Positions 21,879 to 34,409 of a stretch of DNA of 64,000 nt are shown here, piece after piece. Below the pieces are notes generated by a model, which was not told the origin of the DNA, ran no database searches, and saw only the letters and a program-made list of their open reading frames with translations. A program made the position numbers and the translations under genes. Source of the DNA: Thecamonas trahens ATCC 50062. Lineage: Eukaryota > Protista > Apusomonadida. Where the stretch lies: the NCBI RefSeq assembly GCF_000142905.1, contig NW_013657679.1, positions 126,657 through 190,656 of the forward strand. The letters are read 5' to 3'. Position 1 is the stretch's first letter, and each line of letters starts with the position of its first letter.

Positions 21879-24843
21879 ATGTCCCACCTGCTCAATCACC
21901 TCACTCACCGCCTCCTGGCCCACCAGCCGGACATGAACTACTCGTTCCCCTTTGACGAGCCGTACTCGGTGCAGATCCAGCTGATGGACGCACTCTCGAA
22001 GGTCCTGGCCGTAACGCCGGCCACAGGACCTGCGAGCCTCGCCGTCCTCGAGTCGCCCACTGGGACGGGCAAGTCGCTCTCGCTCATCTGCGCCACTCTC
22101 ACCTGGCTCACATCATGTGGCAGGGACATTGCCTCAAAGAGACTTGCCCTTGCTGCTGCTCGCGACATGGCTCGTACCCTTGCTTCGGCTGCCCGCGAGA
22201 CAAAGGTCCCGCTGCCCAAGCCCGCTCCTCGCCTCCCGGCATGGGTCTCCCAGCACGCCGCCACCGCCGAGGCCGATGACGCCGCTACCACCCGCGCCGA
22301 GATGGACGCAGAAGACAAGGCCCTCCGCCGCATTCTCGCCTCGGCAACTTCTCGTCTCGCCACTGGATCCGCCGCCACTGACGCGCTCGACGGCATGGCC
22401 CGTGCCCGCGCCCGTGCACGGGCCCGACTCCTTAACCAGGCTGGGCCATCGGCAACGCCACTCGCAACCGATCCGAACCCACCGGCTATGTCTGCCTTTG
22501 AAGCCGAGATTGAGGCCAAGTTTGGCAGCTCAGCCCCTATGCCGCCGCCCGAACTCGACGATTCTGGTGCTGCTCCTGACGACGCCTTTATTGTCGATCT
22601 CGTCCCTGACGGGCTTCCTGCGCTGATGCTGGAGCTTGATGCACTTAATGACGATGAGAACCGCACTACCTCGCGCCGTGCCCGGCACGAGGCCTCCACC
22701 CTCGGCGGCGTGCCGTTGCCGAACCTGGCCCAGGCAACCAAGGTGTACTACTGCTCGCGGACCCACTCGCAGATCGCGCAGTTTGTCGATGAGATCCGCG
22801 GCACTGCCTTTGCCGATGCAGGCCTCCGCGTCATCACCCTTGGCTCACGGAAGCAACTCTGCATCAATCCCAAGATCAACAAGCCATCGTCGTCTGTCGC
22901 CTCCATCAACGATGCCTGTCGTGACGCTCGGTCCAAGACCAAGGCCCCGCGTCGGCCGCTAGCCTCTCGGCAGGATCCAAGCGCAAGCGCGAATCGTCTG
23001 CTTGCGGCTGCCCGTTCTACGAGCCGATGGCTACCGCCGCTGCGCCACAGCCGTCGTACCCGGTCTATGCCCTCACCGAGATCCGCACTCTCGACGAGCT
23101 CGCCCGCCTCGGCACCTCGCTCTCGTCGTGCCCGTACTTTGGCACCCGCCGCGCGGTCGCCGGTGCCGACCTTGTCGCCCTCCCCTACACCATGCTCGTC
23201 CACGAGGGCACTCGCGCAGCGCTGGGCATTGATCTCACGGGCGCGGTCATTGTCGTTGATGAGGCCCACAACCTCGTCGATGCCATCAACGCCGTCCATT
23301 CGGTCACCGTCACCGCCGCCGCCGTCTCCCGCGCCCGCGCGCAGCTCAACGCCTACTTTGAACGTTACCGATCTCGGCTCTCGGCCTACAACCGTGACTC
23401 GCTTCTCACCATCCTCAACGTCGTCTCGTCGTTCTCCGCCTACTTTGCATCGCTCCCGCCCTCGGCCTCCCAGCCGGGTACCAAGGCTGTGCTCCCCGTG
23501 AACGAGTTTCTCCATTCGGCCACTCTTGGCATTGACCACTTTAACCCGTTTGACATGCGCAAGTACCTCGACGCATCGCAGCTGCTCAACAAGCTGCTTG
23601 GCTTTGCTGCTGCCGCCGCTGCAGAGGCCCAGGCTCCCGGTGACGACGATGGCGGCGGTGAAGATGCACAAGCCCGACCACCGCCGCCGGCCGACTCTCC
23701 ACTCCGCAACATCATTGCCTTCCTCGAGGCCGTCAACCACCCACTCGCCGCTGAGCACGGCCGTATCCTCCTCGCCGCACATCCCGAGACCGGTACGCTC
23801 TCGGTCAAGCATCTTGTCCTCAACCCATCCGTCTACTTTGCCCCGCTAGTGGCTGACGCACATGCCGTCGTCCTTGCCGGCGGCACGCTGCAGCCGGTCG
23901 ACGAGCTCTTGATCCAGCTCCTGGGTCCGCAGCGTGCTAGCGAGGTGGCGGTGACGCAAGCGCCAGCATCGCCGGTGCCGGGCGGCGTCTCGCTCTTTTC
24001 ATGCGATCATGTCGTCGATCCGTCGTCGCTTCTCACTCTTGTCGTCGGCGTCTCGCCGCTCGATCCAAGCACCCGCTTTCGGTTTACCTACTCGAGACGC
24101 GATGCACTCATCCCTCACGCTGTCCGCGCGCTCGCCAACTTTGCCAATGTCTCACCAGGTGGTATGGTTGTCTTTTCCCGTCGTACGCCTTTGAGACTGC
24201 TGTCATGTCCGCTGCAGAGCCGGTCCTCTCCCACCGCAAGCCCGTCTTCCGCGAGACCGCCCGCGGCTCGGGCGCCGAAGTCCTAGCCCGCTATGCACAG
24301 ACAGTCGCAGCTAATCCACGTCGTGGTGCCCTGCTCTCTTGCGTCATCGGCGGCAAGATGTCCGAGGGCATCAACTTCTCCGACGACCTGGGTCGCCTCA
24401 TCGTCGTCGTCGGCGTCCCCTATCCGCCGCCCAACGATCCCGAGCTCAACGCCCGCCTCGACTTTGTCGCGAGCGCCAAGGCGGCGGCGGGTAATGCTCC
24501 AGCCCCGGGCACCAATCGCGCCCGCATCTCGGGCATGGCAACCATGTGCATGAAGGGTGTGAACCAGAGCATCGGCCGCGCCATCCGCCACAAGAACGAC
24601 TACGCCTCCATCGTCCTCCTCGACGAGCGCTACGCTCTCGACGCAACTCTCTTTTCACTCCTACCTGCCTGGATCATGCGCAACTCGGCCGCCGCCGTCG
24701 CCTCGCCGCCGTCGTCGTCCTCGCTCTCGCACGCTACCTCGTTTGGAGCATCCATCCGCTCGCTCGTTCTTTTCTGGAAAGCCATCCGGCAGCGCAATGA
24801 GATCAGCGCCGGCCCCAGCGTAAGTGGCGCCGCCAACCCGTAG
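21879..24843 (+). CDS. DDX11: Fe-S DEAH helicase DDX11/Chl1; two apparent 1-base frameshifts (22945-22948 and 24173-24176)
   Basis: FPFDEPYSVQ, ESPTGTGKSLSLIC, CSRTHSQ, CPFY/CPYF, DEAHNL, GGTLQP, FFPSY, GGKMSEGINFSD and NQSIGRAIRHKNDYA are spread over three frames. Confidence 0.9.
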
Positions 24844-25003
24844 TCCTTCTTTACTCGAGAGCAAAGCAACCTGACGAGCGTGCTGATCCCGAGCCATCTC
24901 AGTCGATCCAGGCGTCAGTCGGTTCGCGGCTGGCCGCTCGCGCCAACACCCACCGCCGACTGATCGAACTCGCCGACCCCTCTCTCCTGCCCCTCGCCTT
25001 CAC

Positions 25004-28000
25004 ATGGGCAAAGGCGTGCTCCACAACGTGGTCGTATGCTGCACAGGACTTGACCAAGTGGAAAAGGGATGCATCCACAAGGCCGTCAGCTGCCTCGGTG
25101 GCGTATTTACTCGCCAGCTGACTTGTACGCCCCCCCCCCCCCCCCCTCCCTCCTCGCTGTCTCCCTTCCCACCCATTTCGCTGCATTCTATCAACCATTG
25201 GCGGCCAAAAAGGGTCGCATTTTGCTGCCATGACTCACCCCCCTCCGCCCGCTTGCGCAGCTTCTGTCACGCACCTGGTAGCAGATAGAGTCGGATCGGA
25301 CAAGTACCGGGCAGCGCTTTCGATCTCGGCTGCAGTGGTGACCAAGCAGTGGGTGCTCAAGTGCAAGGCCGATGGACGGAGAGTGCCCGAGGCTATGTAC
25401 GCCCTCCCGCCTTTGGCCGGTCTGGTCATTTGCGTCACCCAGCTCGATGCTGATGATCGTGATCGCATCCGCTCCGTTGTCTCTGCAAACGGTGGAGACT
25501 ACATGCGCAATCTCGTGCCAGAGGCCACTCATCTCCTCGCCCTTCAGCCCTCGGGCACAAAGTATGAAAAGGCCGGCGAGTGGAACGTTCGCGTCGTCTC
25601 GCCGGCCTGGCTTGACGCATGCATCAAAGCTCGCGCCGCAGTCGATGAGACTCCGTTTGCCATTGCGCCTCCACCTGGTGTCACCGCTGGCGTCTCTTTA
25701 GCAGCCGAACCCGTGGATGAGTTGGCTTCGGGCGCCTGGCTCGAGGGCGAGCCGCCGTTTCTGCTCAACTCGCGTGACTCGCCTGTCCTCGACAAGCTGG
25801 ACGGACTTCTCGACGGCCGCAACGTATTCCTCCACAAGTTTGGCAGTCTGGAGCGCCGACGGATGACCCGCATTGTACTTGCGGCCGGTGGGCATGTGGT
25901 CGACGAGCCCGACTCGTCCGTCATCAACACCTGGGTCGTTCCCCGCCTCCCGTCGGCCGATGAGCTCGACGCCTTTGCCCGCTGGCGCCACCCGCCGCGC
26001 GCCTTTGTCTCGGGCAAGTGGCTCTGGGTACTCGCCCAATCAAGCGCTCTCCCAGACATTGGCGAGTTCACGCTGGCAACGATAGCGAGCGCGGCGCTGC
26101 CGCCACCAACGCCCACAGGACCCACAGCGTCCCCAAAGCCGTACGTCGAGCCGACTCCGACCCCGATGGTGCTCGAGCCGACGCCTCAGACGCTGCCAGA
26201 GTCGGGAGGCGTTGACTCGATGCTCGACCTTTACTCGGGCGGGAGCGGGCCGGGCGTCTCATCTCACCGCACGCTGCGGCGCACAATCTCACAGTCGCTG
26301 ATGGCCGACGCCGCGTCCCCGGTCCTTTTTGGTCGATCGCAGTTTGTGGTCGACGACCGAGTCACCGGCGACGAGGTTCTCCGTGCTATTCGTCGCGCTG
26401 GTGGCGCGCTGGTGCCGTCGTACAAGGCACTCTGCTCGTCCGCCGACCGCGAGAACTGTCCGCCGGGCTCGCGCATTGTCGCTCGCTACGTCGTGCTACC
26501 GCACGGTGTCTCTGCCTCGTCGCGCTCCTCGATTGTCGCGTCACTGGCTACCGCCGACGTGGCACTAGTCACTCCAGACTGGGTCCTCGCCTCGCTTGCT
26601 GCCAACGAGCTTGTCGACATCACGTCGTGCCCTCTCTTTACCCCGCTCCCGGTTGCTCTCCCGCTTGCGCCGCGATCCGACGTCGTTGTCTCAGTCACCG
26701 GGTGCTGGCCCGAGCGCGATGCCATCCGGCGTATGGCGGTGGCTCTGGGAGCGACCTTTGAAGAGCGGCTCTCACGGCGTGTGACCGTTCTCGTTTGTGA
26801 GGCCGATGCGCTGGCTAGTCCAGTCGAGCCTGCCTCGAAGATTGCAAAGGCGTTGCGATGGGGCGTGAGTCTTGTTCACTCGGGCTGGCTTCGCGACTCG
26901 CTCTGGGCCGGCTCACTCCTTGACTCTGCACGATATGCAGTTGGCAAGGCTTCGAACATACTCGACGGCGTTTGCGCGGTCATCGCCGATGAACTCCAGC
27001 TCAAGGGCCAGGCTCCAGAGCTCGAACGCCTGCTGACCTCACACGGGGCCACTGTTGCGCGCTCGATCCACACCACTGGTGTCACGCACTACATCGAGGA
27101 CGGCGAGAGCCGTACGTCCGCAGCTGCTGCTGCCGTCACCGCTGGCATTACACCGGTCTCGTCGCTCTGGGTCTACGACGCCATCGCCACGGGGACGCTG
27201 AGTCCTCGGGCGAGGGGAGGGCCGACTGCGGCGCGGAGCGGCTTTACGACCTCCCCGCCGGTCAAGCGCCAGCGGTCGCTGCTGGACCGCCGCCGGCCGC
27301 CGCCCGAGTCTCCAACCCTTCCGCAGCCGACGACCCAGGATCTGGATCCAGCCCCCACCGCTGCAGCCACCACACCGGGCGAGGCTGCCTCGGCGCTGCA
27401 GCGACTCGACAACGCGCGCAGTCTCTCGCAGCAGTCGGCCAAAAAAGCGACGCCGCGCCGCGCGCCGCTCGTCCGCGCGCCGGCAGCGCCGGTCTCGCTC
27501 GTCGCGCTCCGCGGCGCCGAGCCAGACGATTTCGACGCTGAGGGCGAGGGTGGGCAGGGACGCGAGGGCGATGGGCCAGGCGTGGTTGTCCACTACCGCC
27601 ATCGCGACGAGGACGATGGCCGTCGCAAGCGAGGCGGGCGGAAGCGAAAGCGGAAGGACGAGCTAGTCAACGAGAGCGTCGACAGCCTTTCGAGCCTCTT
27701 ACATGCCGCAGGCACCATTGTCTCGCGAAACACCGGCTCGCAGGCCTCACAGGGTTCGACAGGATCGGCACCAAGCAAGCCGCGGAGCCCGCCAATCTTC
27801 CTCCTCACTGGCTTTACCTCGACCGAGAAGGAGCAGCTCGTGCACGCGGTCAGCGCGCTCGGTGGCAGGGTCCTTGTCACGCGTGAATACGACCCGGGCT
27901 GCAGCCACATCCTCGTCGGCTCGCCGACGAGGTCAGAGAAGTTTCTCGGCGGGTGCGCGGCTGGCAAGTGGATGATGAAGGCCGAGTACATCGAGGCGTC

Positions 28001-28478
28001 GACGACCGCGGGCGAGTTTGTGGCCGAAGAGCCGTACGAGTGGGGCGCCGAGTACGAAGACGACGATGCCACGGTGGAGCACTCGGACACGGCGGTCCTC
28101 GCGCTGTGCGGGCGGCGGTGGCGCAAGTATCTGGCGACGCGTCGGCGCGCCGGAGGCGATGCCAACATCGGTCCGTTCACGGGCTGGAAAGTCGCGCTCA
28201 GCTTTGATGAGCACAAGCGCGGCGGCATCAAGCGCCTGCTCGAGGCCGGCAACGCGAGTGTCCACGATGGCGCGCTCACCCGCCGGGTCACCGACTCGCT
28301 CACCCACGTCTTCTTTGGACCGACAAGCAACGCGGCCGAGCTCCGGCGACTGCCGTCACACATCAAGGTCCTTTCAATGGAGTACATTGCCGACTACCTA
28401 ACGGCCGTGCCCGGACTGGGCGAACTCGAGGTCGACGAGGACTTTCATGCGCTCTCGCCCGAGGGGGAGGACGAGTAG
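25004..28478 (+). CDS. TOPBP1: Multi-BRCT replication/checkpoint scaffold TopBP1 (Rad4/Cut5/Dpb11); exons 25004-25124 and 25261-28478
   Basis: Repeated BRCT signatures (VCCTGL...THLV...KY...W; ICVTQL...THLL...KY...W) and C-terminal RSEKFLGGCAAGKW. In-frame GTACGC...CGCAG intron. Confidence 0.88.
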
Positions 28479-28500
28479 CAATGTTTGTAGCCGTAGCAGT

Positions 28501-31500
28501 TCAATACAATGCCGCACCCATGTACAGCTTGTCATCGTCGTCCTGCAGCTGCTGGAACTGGCGCTCGGCGAGGAGGTGCATGAGCTCCGAGTAGAGTGGC
28601 GAGGTGCGGTCGAGCGGGTTGTGATCGACCGTGAGCCGGAGGAGGGCAGTCATGTCGAGAAGCGCCGGGGTGAGCTCGGCAAGCCGGTTGCCCTCCAAGG
28701 CAAGGGTAGTCAGGCAGATGAGCTCGCCAATCTCCTCGGGCAGCGAGGAGAGGCGGTTGCCGATGAGGTAGAGACCCTGCAGCTGCCAGAGCAGGGCAAT
28801 AGAGGCGGGGAGCGCCGAGATGCGGTTCGACGAGAGATCGAGGGTGCGGAGCTTGGGCAGCTGGGTCAGCGCCGGCGGGAAGACCGGGAGGCGGTTGCCG
28901 GAGACGTCGAGGAAGACCAGGTTGTCGAGCTTGGCAAAGCCGTCGCCGAGGCGCGGAAGCGCGTTGTTGGCGAGCGAGAGCTCTTCCAGCGCAGTCATGG
29001 AGAAGAAGGCCGGTGGGAGGGCCTCGATCTTGTTGTTCTCGAGGCGGAGGACGCGGAGGTGCGGGAAGCGCGAGCCAAACTGCGGCGGCAGTGTCTTGAG
29101 CGCGTTATCGGTGAGAAAGAGCTTGCGGACGTACTTGAGGCGGGTGACAAGGAACGGGAGCGAGGTGAGCTGCTTGCGGGCGAGTGAGAACATGGGCGCA
29201 CGCTCACGGCCTGCCCGCTTGACCGCAGCCACCACGGTCGGGTCATCCTTGGTCTCCTGCTCCAGCGCAGGCTGGTCCGAGAACAGCACGTCCTTGAGTC
29301 GCAGGTGGCCCAGCTCGTCGGCTGCGGTGGCGGTCAGTGCCGCAAGGCTCTCCAGAGTGAGCGCCGACCCGTCTGGCGCGCGCACCTTCTCAGCAAAGAA
29401 CTTGCGGAGCATGACCAGGAGCGAGCGCTTGACAATGCGCTTCTTGACCGGCGGCGCAGCGGCCTGGGCCTCGCGCCCGCCGGGTGTACCCCGCGCCTCG
29501 GCAGCGGCTGTGGCGCGGAAAGCCTCCGACCGCCGTTGCTGCCGCTCACTGCCACGGTGGTGGTGGCGGCGCGAGTGACGGCGGTCAGCGATCGAGTTGT
29601 CGGACATGGTAGGGAGCGAGAGTGTCGACTGCGAGCCGTCACCCGACGACTCGAGCGCCAGCCGCTCGTTGTCGGACATGTCAGCGAGAATGTCCTTCAG
29701 GTGACGCTCGTTGTCGGACATGCCCGAATCCGCGAGAATGGCGTCGAGTGCCGCCGTGTCGTCGCCTTCGTCGTGGAGGAGCTGGTCGATGAGGTCCTCG
29801 GTCATGACCGAGTCGTGGCGCTCGCGACGGGCCGAGAGCGCCGCAGCGCGTGGCTGCCGCGGCCGGCCCGCGTCGCCGGCGACTCGGAACAGCTCCGACT
29901 CGTTCATGGTAAAGTCTTCGTTGGTGAGCGGGAGCGGCTCACGCGAGACAACCGAGTTGTAGCCCTCGTCATCCGACGCCACCGAGTCAAGGAGGCCGAG
30001 CTCGTCGAGCTCGCCGTCGTCGAGATCAAGGCCGAGCTCGTCGTCGTCCATGAGGCCGAGCTCCGACTCGCCGTCGAGCATGATGCCATTGTCGTCATCA
30101 AGAATGCCGTGTCCGTCGTCAAGGATACCGAGGCTATCGGCGCCCGCGGCCGGTGCCGGCGCTGGTGCTTGCACCGGCGCCGCAACGGCAGCGTGGGTCG
30201 CCGCAGCACGCTCGGCGGCGTACTTTTGAACCAGTGGGTCGCCGAGCCCGTCATCAGACTCGGTAAAGTAGTCGTTGACGTTGACTGGCTCCTTGTCGGC
30301 ATCGTCGACAAGGACGCGGCGGACTTGGAGTGTGTCAGAGTCGTCGGAGAGCTCGGCGGCGAGCTGCGATGGCGGCGGCGGCGCAAAGCCTTCCGAAGAG
30401 TCGTCGGCAAAGTCGGACATACCCGTGTTGTACTTGCCGGTAGGCCCGAGCTCGTTCTCTTTGGCTGCGTCGGCGGCGGCTTCTGCCTCGAGTGCGTCAA
30501 GGAGCGAGTCGCCTTCGCTCGAGCCCACAAGCAGCGACGCGTCCATTGCTGACTCAGATGATGCCTCGAGAGCAGGTTCCGGAGCAGCGATGGTGTCTGG
30601 TGGTGCGGCGGTGGTGTCTGTCTTGGTGGCCGATAGCAGGAGCGCGTCGTCCGACTCACCCGAGGTGTCGAGGAGCGGGTCCTTGACTGGAGTGGCGGCT
30701 GGCGCCGCCTCCGACTTGGGCTTGGACGCCGAGAGCAGGAGCGCGTCGTCCGAGTCGCCAGACGTGTCGAGGAGCGGGTCCTTGGCTGGAGTGGCGGCTG
30801 GCGCCGCCTCTGACTTGGACTTGGACGCCGAGAGCAGGAGCGCATCGTCCGACTCACCCGAGGTGTCGAGGAGCGGGTCCTTGACTGGAGTGACGGCCGG
30901 CGCCGCCTCTGACTTGGACTTGGACGCCGAGAGCAGGAGCGCGTCGTCCGACTCACCCGAGGTGTCGAGGAGCGGGTCCTTAGCCGGAGTGGCGGCCGGC
31001 GCCGCCTCCGACTTGGACTTGGACGCCGAGAGCAGGAGCGCGTCGTCCGACTCACCCGAGGTGTCGAGGAGCGGGTCCTTAGCCGGAGTGGCGGCCGGCG
31101 CCGCCTCTGACTTGGACTTGGACGCCGAGAGCAGAAGCGCGTCGTCCGAGTCGCCAGACGTGTCGAGGAGCGGGTCCTTGGCCGGAGTAGCAGGCGCGGG
31201 GGTGGTCGAAGTGGGGTTGGAGGGCGCAGCGGCGGTGGCGGCGGCGTCCAGCTTGGGCTTGGACACCGACAGCAGGAGTGCATCGTCCGAGTCGCCAGAC
31301 GTGTCAAGGAGTGGGTCATTGGTGGGAGTGGAGCTCGCCGTAGCCTTAGGCTTGCCACCCGACAGTAGGAGCTCATCGGCCGAGTCGCCCGAGGTGTCAA
31401 GGAGCGGGTTGGACACGGCTGGCGCTGGCTTGTGGCTCGAGTCCTTGGTATTGGAGAGGATGATCTCGTCGTCCGAGTCCGAATCGAGGAGCGGATCCTT

Positions 31501-32238
31501 AGCATTTGCCGCGGCAATGTTGACCTCCGCCATCGACGCCTTGAGCGCGTCCGACTCGAGCGAGGAGTCGAGGACAAAGCCCGCAGCCGGCTTCGGCTCG
31601 GCCGGCTTGGTCGCCTTGGTAGCCGCCAGCAACAGGTCGTCGTCCGAGTCCGAGTCAAGCAGAGCCCGGGCAGCAGCAGATGACGTCTCCGTCGGCTTGG
31701 GCGCAGCGTCTGTCATCGAAGCCGAAAGGTCGAGGTCTTTGATGGCACCGGCGTTCTTGCCTCGTGTGAGCATCAGCTCATCGTCGTCGTCGTCCGAGCC
31801 GAGGAGGGCCGACATTCTTGATTGGCTGCCATAGCGCCGCCCATTATGTTCCGCCATTCCCAGCACACAGCAACACAACACCACCATGTGAGTCACCTCT
31901 GTCGTTCTTCTCTCGTGTCTGTACTGTACTGTACGCCCGCGGAATGGGAGAGTGGAAGGTGGGGGGGGGGGGAGGGGGGAGGGGGGGAGGGGGCGGCGGT
32001 GGCGATGGCATCAAAAACGGCAACGGCTGCAGGCAGTCACGGCAGGCAGGGGGAAGGGGATGGGAAAGGCGTACATGTCGGCCCGAGATGAAGAAGGACG
32101 CATAGTAGGCATAGTAAGATCGTCGTCGTCTGAGTCTTCAAGTAGAAGTGCGACATTGTTGCTCTTTGCACTCACATTGGTGGAGCTCTTGATGCGCGCC
32201 ATCATGGCCTCAAGGTCCTCCGACGAGTCCGAGTCCAT
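28501..32238 (-). CDS. Protein with a long acidic repeat-rich N-terminus and C-terminal leucine-rich repeats; exons 32238-32075 and 31825-28501
   Basis: About 8 LxxLxLxxNxL repeats at the C-terminus. The GTACGC...GGCAG intron joins in frame, and exon 1 carries the same LL-acidic-L motif. Confidence 0.8.
30628..31185 (-). repeat. Coding 99-bp tandem repeat (five full units plus one partial) encoding KDPLLDTSG[DE]SDDALLLSASKSKSEAAPAATP[AV]
   Basis: 99-bp periodicity seen directly, with diverged copies continuing to about 31800. Confidence 0.95.
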
Positions 32239-32661
32239 TTTGGCCAGGGCGCCGAGGGAGGAGTGCCACCGCCCGCACGCCCGTCCGCCTGCCCGCCCGC
32301 CCCACCGACACGCCGACACGCCAGCCGACACAACTGATGGCCGGTTACAAAAGGCACGTCGCCGCCTCACACACACAACGTCCACCGCAATACAAGATCA
32401 ACACAAGATCATCCCAATTCAATTAACAACCTCCCACTCCTGCCGTCCTTGCTCTCCCTCTCTTTCTATCGCCATCGAGCCATGGCCTCTCTACTTCCTG
32501 ATCTCAGTCCTCATGCCCATGTCACATGGAAGCCGGGGGGGGGGGGGGGGGGGGTGCGCGACTGAACGACGCCACTTTCCACAGACCACCTGGACCGGCA
32601 CTTGCAGTGGCGCTGGTGAGACTACCAGTCTCCACTCTACTGCATAGCAGGTACAGGTGGT

Positions 32662-34401
32662 ATGCCGTCTATTCTGCCGCTTTATCATGGTGGGAATGAC
32701 CGTGACGGCCGCCAGGGTATTTGGAAGAGAGTCCGCCGGAGGCTGCTTGAGCTGCGACTCGACGTCATCACCTCGCGCCCGTCGACACTACTCCCGCTTC
32801 TCCTCTCGATCATCTGCTGTGTTGTCTTTGTTGTCTGTACCCTCATCTGGATGTTGAGTGGTCCCGCGGCTTCTGTACCCACACCTGCCTCCATCCTCTC
32901 GCCTCCGAGCCCGGCATCCGTCCTACCCTCAACAACCCCGGCGCCAAAGTCATCGACTGGGTCGGGCGCCGAAGCGACTGTCGACGCCAGCCGCCTCGTC
33001 GAGAGTGATGAGGCCGCCAGCGATAAGGCGCGGCAAAAGGCGGTGGTTGCTGCCTTTACACATGCGTGGGAGGGCTATCGCCGCCACGCGTTTGGCCACG
33101 ACGAGATCCGGCCGACTACCAACGCGACTAACGACTCGTGGGGCGGCTTCGGCGCCGTCCTCATTGATGGGCTCGACACGATGATGCTCATGGGACTGGA
33201 CGAGTACGTGGCCGAGGCCCGCAAGGTTGTCCAAGCCGACGACTTTGCGAAGGACTACTCGGCCTCGTTTTTCGAGACCACCATCCGGTACCTGGGCGGC
33301 CTGCTCGCGGCGTATGCGGCGTCGGACGACGAGCTGTACTTGACCAAGGCGGTCCAGCTCGGCGACGCGCTACTGCCGGCGTTCAACTCCAAGACCGGCT
33401 TGCCGTACCACGAGGTCAATCTCCAGACTGGCGCGGCCAAAAATCCGTCGTGGAACACCGACAACTGCATCCTCTCGGAGATTGGCAGCGTCCAGCTCGA
33501 GTTCAAAAGCCTCTCGCACTTTACCGGCGATCCCAAGTATGCTGCTGCAGCAGACTCGGTCATGGACGTTCTGTGGGAAAAGCGCGAGCAGAGTGTCGAC
33601 GGGCTGTACCCCGTGTACATCTCGGCAGAGACCGGCGAGTTCCGTGACGCTCATGTCACCATGGGCGCACTCGCCGACTCGTTCTACGAGTACCTCCTCA
33701 AGCAGTGGCTCCTCACTGGCAAGTCGGAGGCCCGATACAAGGCCATGTACGATGCCTCGGTCGATGGCATGATCAAGCACCTCGTTGCCCGGTCGCAGCC
33801 CTCGGGCCGCGTCTTCCTCGGCGAGTACTCGGGAGGCCAGCGAGTCAATGTCTTTGACCACCTCATGTGCTTTGTGCCGGGCATGCTCGCCCTCGGTGCT
33901 GCCAACGAGCCCGACGCCGCCCGTAGCGCGGCCCACATGGAGCTGGCGGCCGAGCTGACGGAGACATGCTACCGCTTGTACGCCGACCAGCCGTCGGGCC
34001 TCGCGCCGGATGTTATCTCGTTCAACACGGCGTCGGCCCGACCGGGCACGCCCGACTACCGGGTCAAGTCCGGGGCGTACCTACTCCGTCCTGAGACACT
34101 CGAGTCGCTGTACATCATGTACCGCCTCACCGGCAAGAGTTTGTACAAGGAGCAGGCATGGGAGATTTTCCTCGCCATCGAGCAGCACTGTCGCACTCCC
34201 TCAGCATACTCGGGTGTGGTCGACGTCCGGCACGCCAAGCCGGAGCTGAACAACTCGATGCAGTCTTTCTTCCTCGCCGAGACGCTCAAGTACCTGTACC
34301 TCATGTTTACCCCCGAGGCCGAGGCGGTGCCGCTCGACAAGTTTGTGTTTACCACCGAGGCGCACCCGCTCCCGATCTTCCAGACGAGCGCAGGTGGGTG
34401 A
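32662..34401 (+). CDS. Class I alpha-1,2-mannosidase (GH47), type II membrane protein
   Basis: FETTIRYLGGLL, GALADSFYEYLLK, LRPETLES, SFFLAETLKYLYL and TTEAHP. Confidence 0.95.
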   Translation: MPSILPLYHGGNDRDGRQGIWKRVRRRLLELRLDVITSRPSTLLPLLLSIICCVVFVVCTLIWMLSGPAASVPTPASILSPPSPASVLPSTTPAPKSSTGSGAEATVDASRLVESDEAASDKARQKAVVAAFTHAWEGYRRHAFGHDEIRPTTNATNDSWGGFGAVLIDGLDTMMLMGLDEYVAEARKVVQADDFAKDYSASFFETTIRYLGGLLAAYAASDDELYLTKAVQLGDALLPAFNSKTGLPYHEVNLQTGAAKNPSWNTDNCILSEIGSVQLEFKSLSHFTGDPKYAAAADSVMDVLWEKREQSVDGLYPVYISAETGEFRDAHVTMGALADSFYEYLLKQWLLTGKSEARYKAMYDASVDGMIKHLVARSQPSGRVFLGEYSGGQRVNVFDHLMCFVPGMLALGAANEPDAARSAAHMELAAELTETCYRLYADQPSGLAPDVISFNTASARPGTPDYRVKSGAYLLRPETLESLYIMYRLTGKSLYKEQAWEIFLAIEQHCRTPSAYSGVVDVRHAKPELNNSMQSFFLAETLKYLYLMFTPEAEAVPLDKFVFTTEAHPLPIFQTSAGG

Positions 34402-34409
34402 GTCTGCGC

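Noticed and set aside
21879-24843. DDX11 (and likewise the DPP and WDR89 genes) as pseudogenes
   Set aside because: The recognisable motifs are intact, there are no in-frame stops once the frames are joined, and the lesions are single missing bases in homopolymers, so sequencing error is more parsimonious
30628-31185. 99-bp repeats as a possible CRISPR-like array
   Set aside because: There are no unique spacers, the unit is a multiple of 3 inside a CDS, the context is eukaryotic and no cas genes are present
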